A stretch of 63,319 bases of DNA, counting the filler, from Sphacelaria rigidula (taxonomy: Eukaryota), in the NCBI GenBank assembly GCA_964200075.2. It is 11 parts of 11 records of this genome, joined end to end, with 100 filler letters (N's around TTAATTAATTAA, not from the genome) between each part and the next. Parts side by side here need not be neighbours in the genome. Positions count along the whole stretch, not along the records: positions 23,065 to 28,729 come from CAXNAA020025441.1; positions 28,830 to 34,494 come from CAXNAA020025442.1; positions 34,595 to 40,259 come from CAXNAA020025443.1; 8 more parts are not named here. One strand, written 5' to 3'. Position 1 is the first letter of the stretch, and each line of letters starts with the position of its first letter. Position numbers and translations under genes: made by a program. Below, piece after piece: positions 23,198-36,494 of this stretch. The notes under the pieces are model-generated. The model did no database searches, was not told the DNA's origin, and was given only the letters and a program-made list of their open reading frames with translations.

Positions 23198-26175
23198 ACA
23201 GCCAGTACATGCAGCAACGAAATTACAGTAACTTTCCGCGCTGGACCGACTGCCTACTACTACTGTCGTTGCTCGAAAGCTGTTTTCAGGCAAAACCTTC
23301 CTGGTCAGCGCTTGACGGCGCAGGTCAGGAATGCAACGGCAGGTGATTAATCATAGGACACCCCTGTTTATAACCATATCTTGCCCCAGCTTAGAATGAC
23401 TCTCCTCACATAACAATATTTTGCGACGGCCACCCCCCCCCCGATACACACACACCATGCATGCGACCGGTCGACAGCAGAGAAGCTCAATAAGAGGATC
23501 CCAGCCCCCATTTCGGTCACGCCAGCAAGAGCTCAGTCACCCACATGAGGCATCTTCTTTCACTCTGCATACCATGAAGCTCAACACGAGTTTTTGATCT
23601 CCCATGTATCTATCCCCCCAACTGGGATGTGGCAGACGGTATGTCGTCCTCGTTTCGCAGACGTCGGGTGAAATCAACGACTGCAATAACATCCCCCAGC
23701 GTCCGATTATGCGATCTCGCCGCAAGGGCGCAGCCGTCCTTGCTCGCATGTGTGGGTGAGAGAACAGTAGCGGTGACGAGAACATCACCCTGCTTTTCGG
23801 CGACGTGTTCTACTGCGCATAGAGACACTTCCGGTCCAAGCAGAGTGGCAGAGAGGAATCGAGCTTTGCATTGCTTAGCGCCACAGACAGGAGACGACAA
23901 CTGGGGCGTCCCGCAATCTTGTTTTCGCGGCTGTGCTACAATAACCCGCTTGCACACACATGACAACCTGGGTATGTGCTGATACTATAATAGGGTGCCA
24001 ATCTCTGCAGCGATTGGGAAAGCGACACCGGCGAGGAGCTTCCACTCCGCCGTTGCTCCTCTGGTGATATCGTCATCGACACGTATGTGCACGGCTTTCA
24101 CTCAGTGCACCCAACCACACCAGCGTAACTGCAATAGAAACTCTGCTTGCAAAAACGCTTTCCCGTGTTGATATGGTTTGGCGTGAATTCTCGAGGTTTC
24201 GAATTGGGGTTGAACCGCATTTAATTGTTCAACCTCAAAATTTAAAATCGGCTGTAAATGGCAGCTGCACCAATCAGGGCGTGAAGAGTTGACATCAAGA
24301 TCAGGGACGTGTGGATGTCGCCATTGATATCCTGAAAACACAACGAGAATTGTTGAGCACAACAAAAGTCACACGACTGAAGCAGCCAGAAATTCAGCGA
24401 GCGCTTCAAGTATGAGGCAAGCTGCCACACAGCCATCTTCGAAGCGGGCACAACAATTATCTCATAGTCATCCTTGAACAGGAAAATGGGATTGAAGATC
24501 ATGTCGGTGACTATTTTTTCACTCCGGACAAGTCTCGGATGACCGCTTTTGACTACCCGGCAACGCAGTGAAAACCTCGCATGAGCATCCTTGGAGCTGC
24601 TGAGGGTAATAGAAACGTACAAAGCTCGTCTACAAGGTCGCTCGAACGAAAAGGCTTGGAAATCAGTGGTGGGCATGATACAGCAGTCAGTCAGGTCGCG
24701 CTCGTTGCGTTCCAATCCACAGTGAAATGATTTTTCTGCACATCGTGTTCGTGGTTCTTTCATTTGTGCAAAACGTGGTTGAACTTCAGATATCCGTAGA
24801 TTGTGATTTGTGCGACGATACGACAGGCAAATCGTGGCCTTAACACACGGGGGCAGGTTGTATTTAGTGCCATACGCTGCGAGGAACCGCGTGGCACACA
24901 GGTATCGACGGGCTGACGATGTTCGTAAGTGTGCAACAACGCATTTCACATGCCGTACGAGCACAATCTGCAAGGGGAAATGCGGTTTCTGGCAGCTTGC
25001 AAGGACCGGTTTGATTCATCGGGTGAAGATTCTACTGTGATTACCCTTCTCTCTTACAAGAGATTACCCTTCTCCCTTACAAGAGTTGTACAATCGAATT
25101 GCCCCAGGCAGCCAGTACATGCAGCAACGAAATTTCAGTAATCATCCGAGCTTCACGTACTGCCGACTACTGCCTGTGCGTTGCTCGAAAGTCATTCTCA
25201 GGCAAGGCCTTCCTGGTCAGCGCTTAACGACGTGGGCCACGAATTGAATGGCAGGTGGTCATTTACAGAGCACCCTTGTTCTCAACCATCTCTCGCCTCA
25301 GCTTAGGGTGACTCCTCACAAGTTAATTTTCTGTGACAGACACCGATGCAACACACACACCCGGCTGAGCACGTGACTGTTTGTACGCAGAACAGCGCCG
25401 ATTAGAGAATACGATGCTCGCGCCAGCAAGATTCAACTCACCCCCAGAGGTATCGCTTTTTCACACCGCATGACAGGAAGGTCTGCACGGGTGTTTCATC
25501 TCTCACACATTCCCCCACCTAGGATGTGGCAGCCTGTTGTCCTTGTTTGCAGACGTCGGGTGAAATTTACGAGTATAATAACACCCCCCCAGCTTGTGAT
25601 TGTAAGATCTTGGCGAAACGGCGCAACGGTCCTTGCTCGCATGTGTGTGTGTGACAACAGTAGCGGTGACGGGAACATTGACCTGCATTTTGACGGCTTG
25701 TTGTACTGCGCACAAAGGCACGCCTTGTCCAAGCAGAGAGGCGGAGAGGAATCGATTTTCGCATTGGTCAACACCACAAACAGGAGACGACAAGCAAGCG
25801 TGGTCATCGCGGTCTTGTTTCCGGGGCTGTGGCACAAAAACCCGCCTGCCGACACATGGCCACTTGGGCACGTGATGGTAACATGATGTCAATCTCTCGA
25901 ACGGTTGGGAATCGCCGACAGAGGACACACAAAGGACGTTGGTGAAGGGCTTCATCTCTGTCGTCGCCCCTTTGTCTAGTGATATCGTCATCGACAGACG
26001 TGCACACCGCATTCGTTCGGTGCACCTAGACACAACTGCATAATAACTGATACAACCGATTGTTCTCGGGGGAAGATGCTGTCCATTGGTGCAACTGTTC
26101 CGCACTATTTGTGAAAATTAGTTATACCATTTGAACATCACTATTGTGTTTAACCTCATTTTTAAAAATCGGTTG
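23198..26175. repeat. Diverged tandem duplication: ~1.05-kb units at ~23198-24255 and ~25108-26175
   Basis: Both start CAGCCAGTACATGCAGCAACGAAATT, share CCTTCCTGGTCAGCGCTT, GCAGACGTCGGGTGAAAT, CCTTGCTCGCATGTGTG and GTGATATCGTCATCGACA, and end near TTTAAAATCGG. Offset ~1.91 kb. Confidence 0.88.
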
Positions 26176-27783
26176 TCAATTGTTGTCGTCTGTAGCCTCT
26201 GCCAGACGATCTGGACAAGAGGGCTATTCAGTGAGGGACTTCTCCAGGATCCACGGGCCTCACGCTCGATAAGAACTTCTCTCAGAGTTTCCATTTATGA
26301 AGTAAGCAGCCGCGACCTGTACCATCAGCCTTAGGCCACACAGCAAGGGTCATCATCCACAGGATGCCCTTGCTCCCTGGTCATCATCCAGGATCCTACA
26401 CATGCTACATCTACTACGCCTTGGTGTATTTTGGCTACAGCACCCCCAAAGCGAGTTCAAGACAAACGAACGAGCTTGACAACCAACAAAAAACCAAGGC
26501 GAATTCGCATGCTCCAAATCACAAAGAAATGCCATACCCCGACGCTAATTCACTTGTCAGCGCCTGAGTCAACCTCAGCTTACGCAATTCCTGCGCAACA
26601 CATTTCAGGCGCAGAAACGTATCTTTCGAAGAGACTTCTACGTAATTTCTTCAGCACCGAACCCATCTCAATCGACCAAAACAATAATATGACCATTGCT
26701 TCAGAACCATTCGACCGATGGGTAAACGCAACATCAAATGGGTGTTGCACCTCCAGCGCTTCGCTCTGCTGCGCGATTCTTGTATTCGGTTCTCGAAGTG
26801 CGTGGCTGTCTCACTAAGCCACACACGCCGCACCCCCAAAGTCTTGCACAATTGCAACAAATACTCAGCCGTAACCTCGGCAGTGCAACCCTCGGTTGGT
26901 TCTCACCAAACGAAATTTGACAAATCATCCAGGATAACAAACATACAGCAAACCATCAGGCAGTTAGTACCGTCAAGTTCGCTACTTCCGACGTACAAAA
27001 ATCAAGTTGAACAACCTCACCTGGCGCGATACCTTAAACAGTATCGCCAAAAACGTGCCAGGAGCAAGGATCAGTTTTCATACGTGCATACTTTTTTTTA
27101 TCCTCAAACACACGAAAACTCGTGTGATCTCTGCTCACAGACAACGAGCCTACGCATTTCGTAATTTCAGCTCATTTTCACGACATCAGCAGCAGTCACC
27201 ATCTCCTACAGTCAGTACGAGCCGACACATTTCGCTCATTATTCAGCAGCATTTTGTTAACTGCCCCACCCTGACGGTCATCAGACACCATGCACATCAG
27301 TAGCATTCGAGCGAAATTCCACACATGCACGCCAAGATCCCACTCAGCATACGAAACTTCGTACATCCATGCCAATATTTGACTCAGGACCTGCAATTCA
27401 ATCCGTGTTGCACAAACCATGCATCATGCATGCTATTCAGAGCAGCACACACACGCATACCAAATTCCACGCGTACACCGGCATTTTCCAGCGAACGCAA
27501 CACGAGCACACCCGCTCTACTGTTATGCTTCATGCGCGAACAGCGACACAAACGTGACCCGAAACACACACCATAACAACTTTTATTCGTCAGAAAACGA
27601 CTCGAAAATATCAGTCATCATGTGTTTCCTCATGCCCTAAAAGCCTTTTACATCTAGCACCCCCATGGTGCATCTCAGCATGTCACCAAACAGCATATAT
27701 CCTTACTGCCGAACCGATGTGACAAATACTCTGCCTTCACAGAAGCTTGCGCATCGACAATTTCTCCTGTTTCAGTCGCTTGA

Positions 27784-28728
27784 TCAGGTGAAACGAGGGG
27801 TGGAACGGGAACAATCATACAGTCCCGCATAGCAACATGCTCTCGAGGGCACCACATCATCCTCATTAAGCACCTGACTTGACATCATATGAGCAATATC
27901 ATGCATCATTCGTTTACATTTACGATGGGACAACGACAAATTGACCATCCGAAATCTACGATCCATCAACGCCTTATTAAACGCTCTCACCGCACAATTC
28001 TTCACATGCCATCCCGTATCGCCGACCCATACCTCCGGCGACCCCATCGCTTTTGCTATGAACCATGTCAGAAAATGCTCCACCTTCTTCGCCTCCACAC
28101 TAAACTCTGCGGGCTCCAACCACACGAAGTTGCTCATATCGTCTTTGATCGCCAAATTATCTTGGATCGGATCTCCATCGTCCAACCCACCATTTTTCAG
28201 CTGAGCACTCGCTTCATCGCTGAGGAAATTGAATTCCATCACTTCCTCCGGGCTAATACCATGCACCTTATCCCCACCATGCACCATATCCTCGTGGGGA
28301 GGGGGAATGTGCGCCCCCACCTTGGATTCGCTCACCCCTCGCGAGCAGAAATTTTCCGGCCTTTCCATCGCCGCTCTTTCCAAGCTTGACTGCAAACTGC
28401 AGTACAGTAACCCAAACGCCACCAAAACTGCAATGCACGAAGCTAGCCACCCGGCCTTCACCGGATCGTTGCAATTGGGCTGGGCCTTCGCAGCCGTCGC
28501 CTGTGACTGTGGCTGCACCCTCATAGGCGGTACGGCTCCACTCTCAGGAGCTTCCTCTTCCTCTCCACCTGTATCCTTCTGACTCTCACTTTGAAATGAC
28601 CCCTCAGGGACGATCACCCGCCTAGCCGGAAGATAACTAGGGTTGTTCATGCCGATCTGCACCGGCACAGCACGCGGGCGTAACTTTTCCAAAGCCAGCG
28701 GATACAAATCTACCCCGAGTTCCTTCAT
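27784..28728 (-). CDS. Ty3/gypsy integrase-derived intronless ORF (314 aa, possibly 5'-partial)
   Basis: LAIKDDMSNFVWLEPA, EHFLTW, GSPEVWVGDTGWHVKN and RMMHDI resemble the gypsy rve core. Canonical residues appear altered (FNFL for FDFL, CKR for VER, no HHCC). The ORF abuts the scaffold end. Confidence 0.75.
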   Translation of the reverse strand: MKELGVDLYPLALEKLRPRAVPVQIGMNNPSYLPARRVIVPEGSFQSESQKDTGGEEEEAPESGAVPPMRVQPQSQATAAKAQPNCNDPVKAGWLASCIAVLVAFGLLYCSLQSSLERAAMERPENFCSRGVSESKVGAHIPPPHEDMVHGGDKVHGISPEEVMEFNFLSDEASAQLKNGGLDDGDPIQDNLAIKDDMSNFVWLEPAEFSVEAKKVEHFLTWFIAKAMGSPEVWVGDTGWHVKNCAVRAFNKALMDRRFRMVNLSLSHRKCKRMMHDIAHMMSSQVLNEDDVVPSRACCYAGLYDCSRSTPRFT

Positions 28729-28829
28729 ANNNNNNNNNNNNNNNNNNNNNNNNNNNNNNNNNNNNNNNNNNNNTTAATTAATTAANNNNNNNNNNNNNNN
28801 NNNNNNNNNNNNNNNNNNNNNNNNNNNNN

Positions 28830-28887
28830 CTCGAAAGGGATGCGTGGTGAATGATCGAACGACTAAGGCAAGCAACAAATGAGTACG
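28830..28887 (+). mobile_element. LINE family A 3' end
   Basis: CTCGAAAGGGATGCGTGGTGAATGATCGAACGACTAAGGCAAGCAACAAATGAGTACG, then a C-tract and CCTAGAGTAGCA. Confidence 0.9.
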
Positions 28888-29191
28888 CTCCCCCCCTTCC
28901 CCTAGAGTAGCAGTTGAGAAAGGCAACCGCTTTCGTTCTTCCCGAGGCGCCTTTCAATGTCATAACGTCTTTCACATTCTTCACGCAGAGCAGAGATTCT
29001 GGGAGGTGTAGCATAACCCAGAGTCTCTCTACCGATGTACACGTGATGCTCGTCGGGGCGCTGCGCAGTCCGTGTACTTGTCACAGGTTCCGACGCCCTG
29101 AGGTTTTCTGTCATTCGGGTCAGCAAGATCCCCCCAAATATTGACAACAACGCAAGTGGATTCAACACAATCGCACGAATGCACTGTTCAG

Positions 29192-32100
29192 GTACTGGTC
29201 ATTCGTCGTGGAGGAGGCATATCTAGCGGTGTCCACCGGACGATACGAGAGACTATTTTGGCTCACGGCTCGGTGGCCGGCTCTCGTGCATCATACGTTC
29301 CCCTCTACTTCTTTCGAAAATGGGAACCTTCAGGGAGAGGGGGAAGGGTTGCTGCATCGGGCGTGTCGAGCAGCGGCTGAACGCTGCGTCCTACTGTGCC
29401 TCCAGCGCGAGGTACCAAAGGCTGGTGACGTGTGCTCCGGTGGGGGGGAAACTCATTTTGGTGTTTTCAGACTCTGAAGACCAGCCGACGTTTGTCCGCA
29501 CATTGTCCTTGCCATTGTTACTCGACGAGCTACCTTGTAAACACAATTTTCACTGCGTCGTTGCGTTTCACAGTGAGTTTGATCGTTGTGAAGGAAGGCG
29601 TGTATTTCCGTCTTCAATCCTGTCTTTTCATCTCCATGCATTCTTTGGTGTCCCGAGGAAGAAGATACACGCCCTCCGATGGACGTCTCTTGCCAAGAGC
29701 CTAGAAATTCGGCGGGTCACTGCACGCATCGAGCCTCATCTGAGAGTAATTGAAATCATGGCGCACGCCGCGACGAATGCTACAACAATCATCTCGAGGT
29801 CCCCTTGCACCGATATTCGTTGCAGACCCTTCCTTGCCCGGTAACGTATTCTGCCTACCACGAATGGTGCAGTCGGCGTACGTCGCCTGGCCTACCTCCC
29901 GGGGACTCACCCCTTTACACTGCTTAGCGCTCTCGGGTTCTACGCCAACAAGCCTGCACTTAGGAAGCACACTAAACGTCGCAAGCGCTGGCAGCGATAC
30001 GGAAAAGGACGATTTATCATCGACCACACGCCCAGTCGAGAACCAATCGGATCACTGCGGTGGGATGGCAGACCTTCACCTCTCATCTCAGAGGGTGGCT
30101 TTGGAGGCGAGTCTTACAGTGGCAAAGGGGTCAAGACTATAGCGGGAAGGAATAATTGCACCGCAGTAGCGACCCGCTGAGAGAAATCTCACTTCGTAGT
30201 ATCACTCAAAACACAATACATTTCATTGCCGCAACATGTGCGAGAACTCGCATGGGATCAAGGGTTCAAGTCTGGTTGTTGGGCCGGATTCGAACTCTTT
30301 TAAGGTGAACCTAGCTTTCCTATGTATGCACGCCTTTATCAGCTGGCCGCTACTTTTCGTTTCTCGTCGTCGAGATTGGTTACTTGTGTTCTTATGCTCC
30401 AGCCCTTTCCCTGCCTTTTGTTGACTTGTTTGTATTGTTTTGTCTCTTGTTGTCGTTCAGTGAACTTCACTTGCTCCATCTGTTTTTGTTTTTGTCTTTT
30501 CCCTCCCCGAAGTTCCTCCAGCCACACTTTTCGTTTTGTTCACCTTTGGGAGGTCTATATTGTGACCACGGCCGGAGCCCCATGGGGCCACCTCATGTAC
30601 AATAATCAGTTAGTCAGTCAATCAACTGTAATATTGAAAGAGGGAGAGGACAAGATGTTGCGGAGGCCCAGGTATCGGGTGTGTGGTGGCACTCATGTTA
30701 GTCCCGGCCACGATTGCCAACGAAGCTAGTTTGTTAGCCGGAACTTGAGCACGTGAAGTGATGAGTTCCTGATCGATCCACATGTGATCTGTGCTGTGTT
30801 TCTTGAATGTGTTTCCTGCAGCAGCTCCGTCTCCTCGTGTTTTTGTTCCTGCGTCATGTACCAAGTGTGCAGCTGGTGAGCAGCACAGCATCGTTACGGA
30901 AACAAAAGCAACATCGAACGAGAAATTAGGCCGGTTTATTGTCGTACTTGCAATAAATCACCGTTTAAGATGGTGAAGCTGTGTTATCCCCGTAGCTTAA
31001 AAGCTATGGGAGCGTCGAAACCTTGGCGGTGCGACAGCGGGTGGCATACCATCGCCGGTGTGTATTCAAAGCACTAATAATCTTTGGCACGGAGAGGAGG
31101 GACCTTGAAAGCGAATTGTTCTGATTTCTAGGCACAAAAAGCATCGCTTCACAAGATGAGGAGAACTATGAAATGAGTACAACGAAGCAGGATCGAAACA
31201 ATTGTCTCGTGCAGGAGTGATCATTCCCCCTCCTCAATGGCTATATGTTCCAGGCATCGGTTGCAAATATCACAGACTGGTTGCTGGACGCCGGTGCACC
31301 AATCGAGGCCAAAGATAACGAAGGAAACACCCCGCTCTTGACAGCAGCCGCCGCTGGGTGCACGGTGCTTTGCGAGCGTCTGCTAGAACGAGGAGCCCCA
31401 GCTGATGCAAGGTTTTTGCAATACTCTCTGACGGAAGTACGAATAAGTTAGTACCATGCAGTGAATTCGTCGGTAGAACATCGAACATACTCCTTGCCGA
31501 AACTGCAGGTCGCCCTGCCTTCGACGTAGTTGAGTGACCAAACGATAGAGGTTGAACGAAGATGCCGCTTTGAGGTGTCCCGAAGGCCGTTAGGTGAGTG
31601 TACACGTATGTACGCCGTTATCATCAGCACCGCCCTGGTGAGCTTGACGATATTCTCAGCCGTAAATCCACTCGAGACGAAACGGACGTGGGCTCGTATC
31701 GCACACCCATGAACGTGCGTCCGCCGTTGCCTCAACTTACTCATCGTCAGATAACTCACTGCCCGAGCAGGGGTAAAGTAACGTATACCTTCGCTTCCGT
31801 GCAGGACATTTGGTAGCTTTCGTGATGCACGATCTCTTGCTCCTGAGTCGAATGGTGGGGCGAACCCTGACGGATATAACTCAAATCGAATAATGAAGTA
31901 TTCTGGAAGTTTTGGGAAGAAAAGGTGGTCAAGACTCATCACAACCTTAATATGCTCGAACCACGCGTCAGGAAGTAATTCGTTTTATCACTCGGTCCCC
32001 AAGCATTATCGAATCTTGTACCACCACTGTGGGCTATTACCCTTCGGGCGTCCCTCTACAACCTTCGGTACGCAAATCATGCACACTCTCAACGAGCGTT

Positions 32101-33396
32101 GCTACATACTCGTATACGGAATGGAAAATACCGTCATTATGCTGCTTTCTGACGGAAGAAGAAGTGTTCGTCACCCCCTGGTAGTACTCTTTGTCTCGTG
32201 ATACAGAACACTTGGCTCTCCTGCCGTTGCAACCAATGTTTGATGTCCTGTATCCCAGAACGCGTTTTCGACCAAGGCTTCCTACGCTCCCTCGCGTTTT
32301 TTGCCAGGAACTACGGTGGGCTAAGCGCGCTGTTTGTCGCTGTGACGGGTAAAAGCTCAGGCTGCGTTGAGGCCCTTCTCCACGCAGGCAAGCACACTTG
32401 ACCAACCTGCACACAAGGCGAACCTCTACCATAGTCCCTATCTTAACACAAATGTAAAAGCTTACAGCGAGTCATCTGAGCAGCGTTTAACGTGACGCCC
32501 GGAGCAGTACTGCGTTTTCCCGGGCCCTCGACCCTCTGAATGTTCAGAGTATCTCTGCATCGCCGAGTTGTTTGCCCATGGTATGGCACCTTTGATCTAC
32601 GGTGCCGATCAGAATCCTCGTTCATATTCGCACAACTCGAGTTTGTGCCATTCTCCACTGATTCTGACGCCGAAGGAAGGTAGCTCTGCAGAAATTTGCG
32701 CACCTTGATGCGTCGTCATCTATCGTGGCGTCGAGATCGGTCCAGCTTCGAGGTTGACCTCAGGAAGTGGATTATGAAAACAGCCGGCGGACGATGAGCT
32801 TCAGTTTTCAAATGGTATATTAGTTCGAGGTGTTATCACGATTTTGCGACGATCGAGCATGAGAGTCAGACACCGGGGGACATTAACAGGAACACTGGCG
32901 ACCCATGGCCACCGTGTGTTGTCATCCGGTGCAAAGTTTGTCACCCAAACTACATTCACGTCAACTTTCGAGGACTTGGCATTATTGTAGACGTAGTGAA
33001 ATCGTGCCCGACGTGTGTATCCGGTGCTCCGTCGGCTAAACCTTCGCAATTCACGGTTTGCTCGATCGCAGATACAAACTGCATTCTACTGTGGTTCCGC
33101 AGCAACAGTGCTGAGCGCTTGGGTACCCGGCGGAAGCAAAAACATACCGAAAGTGGTCTCTTCGCAGTCATCTCAATCGACCCAACTCCTAGTACGTAGC
33201 GCTACAGATCATCATCATCGAACGTTTGTGCTAACTTACTGCCGACCACGGTATGTCATGAGCTTCCGACGTGCTTCTCGTCCATTGCACCCATGTTGCG
33301 GTATACACCGATCTTATAAAAGGAGCAAATCCTGATGAGAAGAATGAAGAGGGAGTGACCGCGTTGCACATGGCGGCAAGGCAAGGAGACGTGAGG
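29192..33396 (+). CDS. Ankyrin-repeat protein, partial (internal exons)
   Basis: Proposed exons: 29192-29411 (GLLHRACRAAAERCVLLCL), 29873-30094 or 30106 (TSRGLTPLHCLALSG), 31254-31411 (LLDAGAPIEAKDNEGNTPLLTAA), 32308-32387 (NYGGLSALFVAV...VEALLHAG), 33323-33396 (ANPDEKNEEGVTALHMAARQG). Phases are compatible. The last three exons are the most secure. Confidence 0.82.
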
Positions 33397-34594
33397 GTGA
33401 GCAATACGGATTATGACTCCGGCAACTTGCGCATGTTTGCGCTTGATCAGGCACATCGAAAGATGCAGCATGGTTGACATTGAAAGTAAGATGCGAGGAA
33501 GAACGGCACGCGATGCGGACCTCGTGTACCTACCCACGGAAGCAGAATCGGGTTTCGATCCCGTATCCACCACCGTTCACACTGACAGCTGACCGCACGA
33601 AGACCGTAAGTTGAAACACAAGATTTCCGTCTAGCAGAATACACCCAGTAAGAGGACCACAAGGCTTCCGATCTGTCTGTCTGCCGCAGTGTTGATTGAA
33701 TTCAACCTGACATTTTTTGGGGTAGATGGGCAGAATGCCTCCGGAGGCTGTCATGAAGGGGTCCTCAAACAAATACCTTTTGAAAATAGTGGCTCTTTTG
33801 TGAATAAATAGCCTCTCTGTATATTCAAAATCATGTCCTCAAATGTCAAACCATTTTGGAACTCCCAATGGCTACCTGGGAATCCTCCATGGGCATCTGC
33901 ACCCGGAATTTCAGGCTTCAGTCCTTCGACATCCTAAAAGATTTACCGATTCGATATTTTCGTGCTGAAGTCCGAACATCGCACTAAAGCCCTACCGTGT
34001 TGTAGATGGTTCTGGCCAAAACATTTTCTGTCGTGAGTTCCGACCAGCAACGGGTCGGGGATGAACACGAGTGTTAGTAATGAACACGGCGTGTTTAATG
34101 TTTGTACCAAAACCTCCCTCAAGCGTGCAGCTTGGGCGCTTGCGAGTATACAAGGATGGTTTTTAAATACCAAAACTTCCAGACGGCAGAACGCTGTGCG
34201 TGGCCCACCTCGCGATACTTGTACGCTTACAGGATGCACATAGGCTTAAAGGCGATCCCACGTTCGGCGTCGGGTCGCGACTTTCCGCCCCCTGAATGCT
34301 CTGGGTGTCTCTTCGTTGGCCCAGCTCGTACGAAACGCAGTTGCACGTACACGAATACGTGACTTGATGCTCATTCATTGTCGCACATGAACTGGTCTCC
34401 GAGAGATCCAGTTGTGGTCACAAGATATCTTCACAAAGATGAACGAAATGAGAACACTCCTTGAATGGCAAGAAAATTGGGGGGGGGGGGGAGGNNNNNN
34501 NNNNNNNNNNNNNNNNNNNNNNNNNNNNNNNNNNNNNNTTAATTAATTAANNNNNNNNNNNNNNNNNNNNNNNNNNNNNNNNNNNNNNNNNNNN

Positions 34595-34646
34595 AAGGGA
34601 TGCGTGGTCAACGGTCAAACGACTAAGGCAAGCAACAAATGAGTAC
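34595..34646 (+). mobile_element. LINE family A 3' end
   Basis: AAGGGATGCGTGGTCAACGGTCAAACGACTAAGGCAAGCAACAAATGAGTAC, then GCCCCC-TATCGTAGGATGACTC. Confidence 0.9.
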
Positions 34647-34987
34647 GCCCCCTATCGTAGGATGACTCGGAACATGTTCCAGTCTACAGGGGAGTCACCC
34701 GCCTATAAACTGGGACATGTTTTGTTCCGATCCTGTCCATGCTGTGAGAATGATCCTCAGTTGTCTACCCAATCCGCGGACCTTACCAAAGGTGGATAAG
34801 GTCCCAAAATGGCCAGGTTACAGACCCCAGTGGCCACCCGTGAGTATACGGGATTTGCACAGCGAAGGCCGTTCTAAAATCCTCGCGTTTGGCCCATCTG
34901 ATATGAATTGGCGGGCAAGGCGCGAGGGATTTTGAACAGCCCCTGCTGTCCGAATTTCATAGACTGACAAAGCAGTACAGTATATAT

Positions 34988-35760
34988 GGAGTTTGAACAG
35001 CAGAGGCTGTCCGAAAGTCCTTCTTATTTGCCTAATTTCAGGAGAAATTGGCGGGAAAAATAAGAACTTTCGAGCATCATCTGGTGTTCAAATCCCGGAT
35101 TTCCATAGTATGGGTGCCTTCAGAAACAATTCAGGGGATTTCGATATTGACAGGCCCTCGAAGGAGACCCCAAAATTGATAATTCTCTGGAGGATTGCGA
35201 ACGCTGACGACCCTCTAGTGGGGAGTTTCACAACGGACGGCATGTACGGAGACGTTTGAGAAATCGACCAAAGGATTTTCAAGGCTAGCCGGATGGCCGC
35301 GTGTGTGGCGGGCAAAATGAAGATTTTCGAGCAGTCTCTTCTATTCAAATCTCGTACGCCGGTGTAGGGAGTTTGAACAGCAGGGGCTGTTCGAGATAAA
35401 TCTTCGTTGTGCCCAATTGAAGAAATTTGGAAAAACGAGAATTAATCTCGCACAACCTTTCGTAAAAATCCCATATACTGTATACTCTATCGCCAATATC
35501 CCATATATGCTGTAAGAAGCATCGGATTTCCACAGCACGAGTGCCTTCGGAAACAACCCAGAGAATGTGGACATTGACACAAACTCTCGAGGGAAACCCT
35601 TGTGTTGAAAACCCTCTGGAGGATTGCAAATGCCGAAGATCCTTTAGTGGCGAGTTTTGAAACGGGCGGCGGCATAGTGAGACACGTTTGGAAAACCCAT
35701 TTCAAGAGGATTTCGAGGTCAGCCGAATGGCCGCGTTTTTGGAGGTTTGTGGTTTGAACA
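34988..35760. repeat. Diverged tandem repeat, 2 x ~380 bp
   Basis: Units start GGAGTTTGAACAGCAG at ~34988 and ~35368. They share GGATTTCCA..GTGCCTTC.GAAACAA, CTCTGGAGGATTGC and AGCCG.ATGGCCGCGT. Confidence 0.8.
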
Positions 35761-36494
35761 TTCCCTGGAGCACTGGGGAATGATCGATACCCTCACCTTC
35801 ACCTAACTTGTTATCCATCAAGAGACATGGCACTGAAAAAAAGGCATACAAAAATCAATTTATTACGAGGAGAGGCACTGAATGCACTTCATCTGGATTT
35901 CGCGTCCCGGTTTTGAGAGTGCTTTTGTTGTGCATTGAAATTTGATATGGAGAATCTCTGGGGCATAATACGAGTTTTTTTTTTTTTTCATGCCTCAGGC
36001 TTTTGATGAAAAACGGACATTGCTTTCAGACCATATTTCCCTTTTTCAGCTCATTTTTACAATTATGACTCGAATTTGAGTCTGGAAAATTACAACGGCA
36101 TAGCGAAAAAAAAAGTAGACGTTCATTTTTTCGTGCATTAACAACGTTCTGGTAAATTAACAGTCCGTACTACTAAATCGTCGTCAACTCCTCAACAACG
36201 AAAAACATGACGTCCCATTTTTTGTTGCACCATGCCCTAGTGATTTATTATACGAACGTTCAAGACACAAGTACCAAAATCTGAGCTCGCAAAATAATGT
36301 TCCAAATTTCGATGGCCGACCTTCTGAATCGCCCGTTCTCAGGTCAATTTTTGAGAACTAACAGCGGATCCTAATTTTTGCGGTTTATCTCTAAAATGAG
36401 GTTCAAATGACGTATCGTTTCGCAGGGATGACGTGAAACGGTTACACGGAGCGAAACCATATTTCCCCCCAAATGTCTACAGCAGTTAGGTAGT

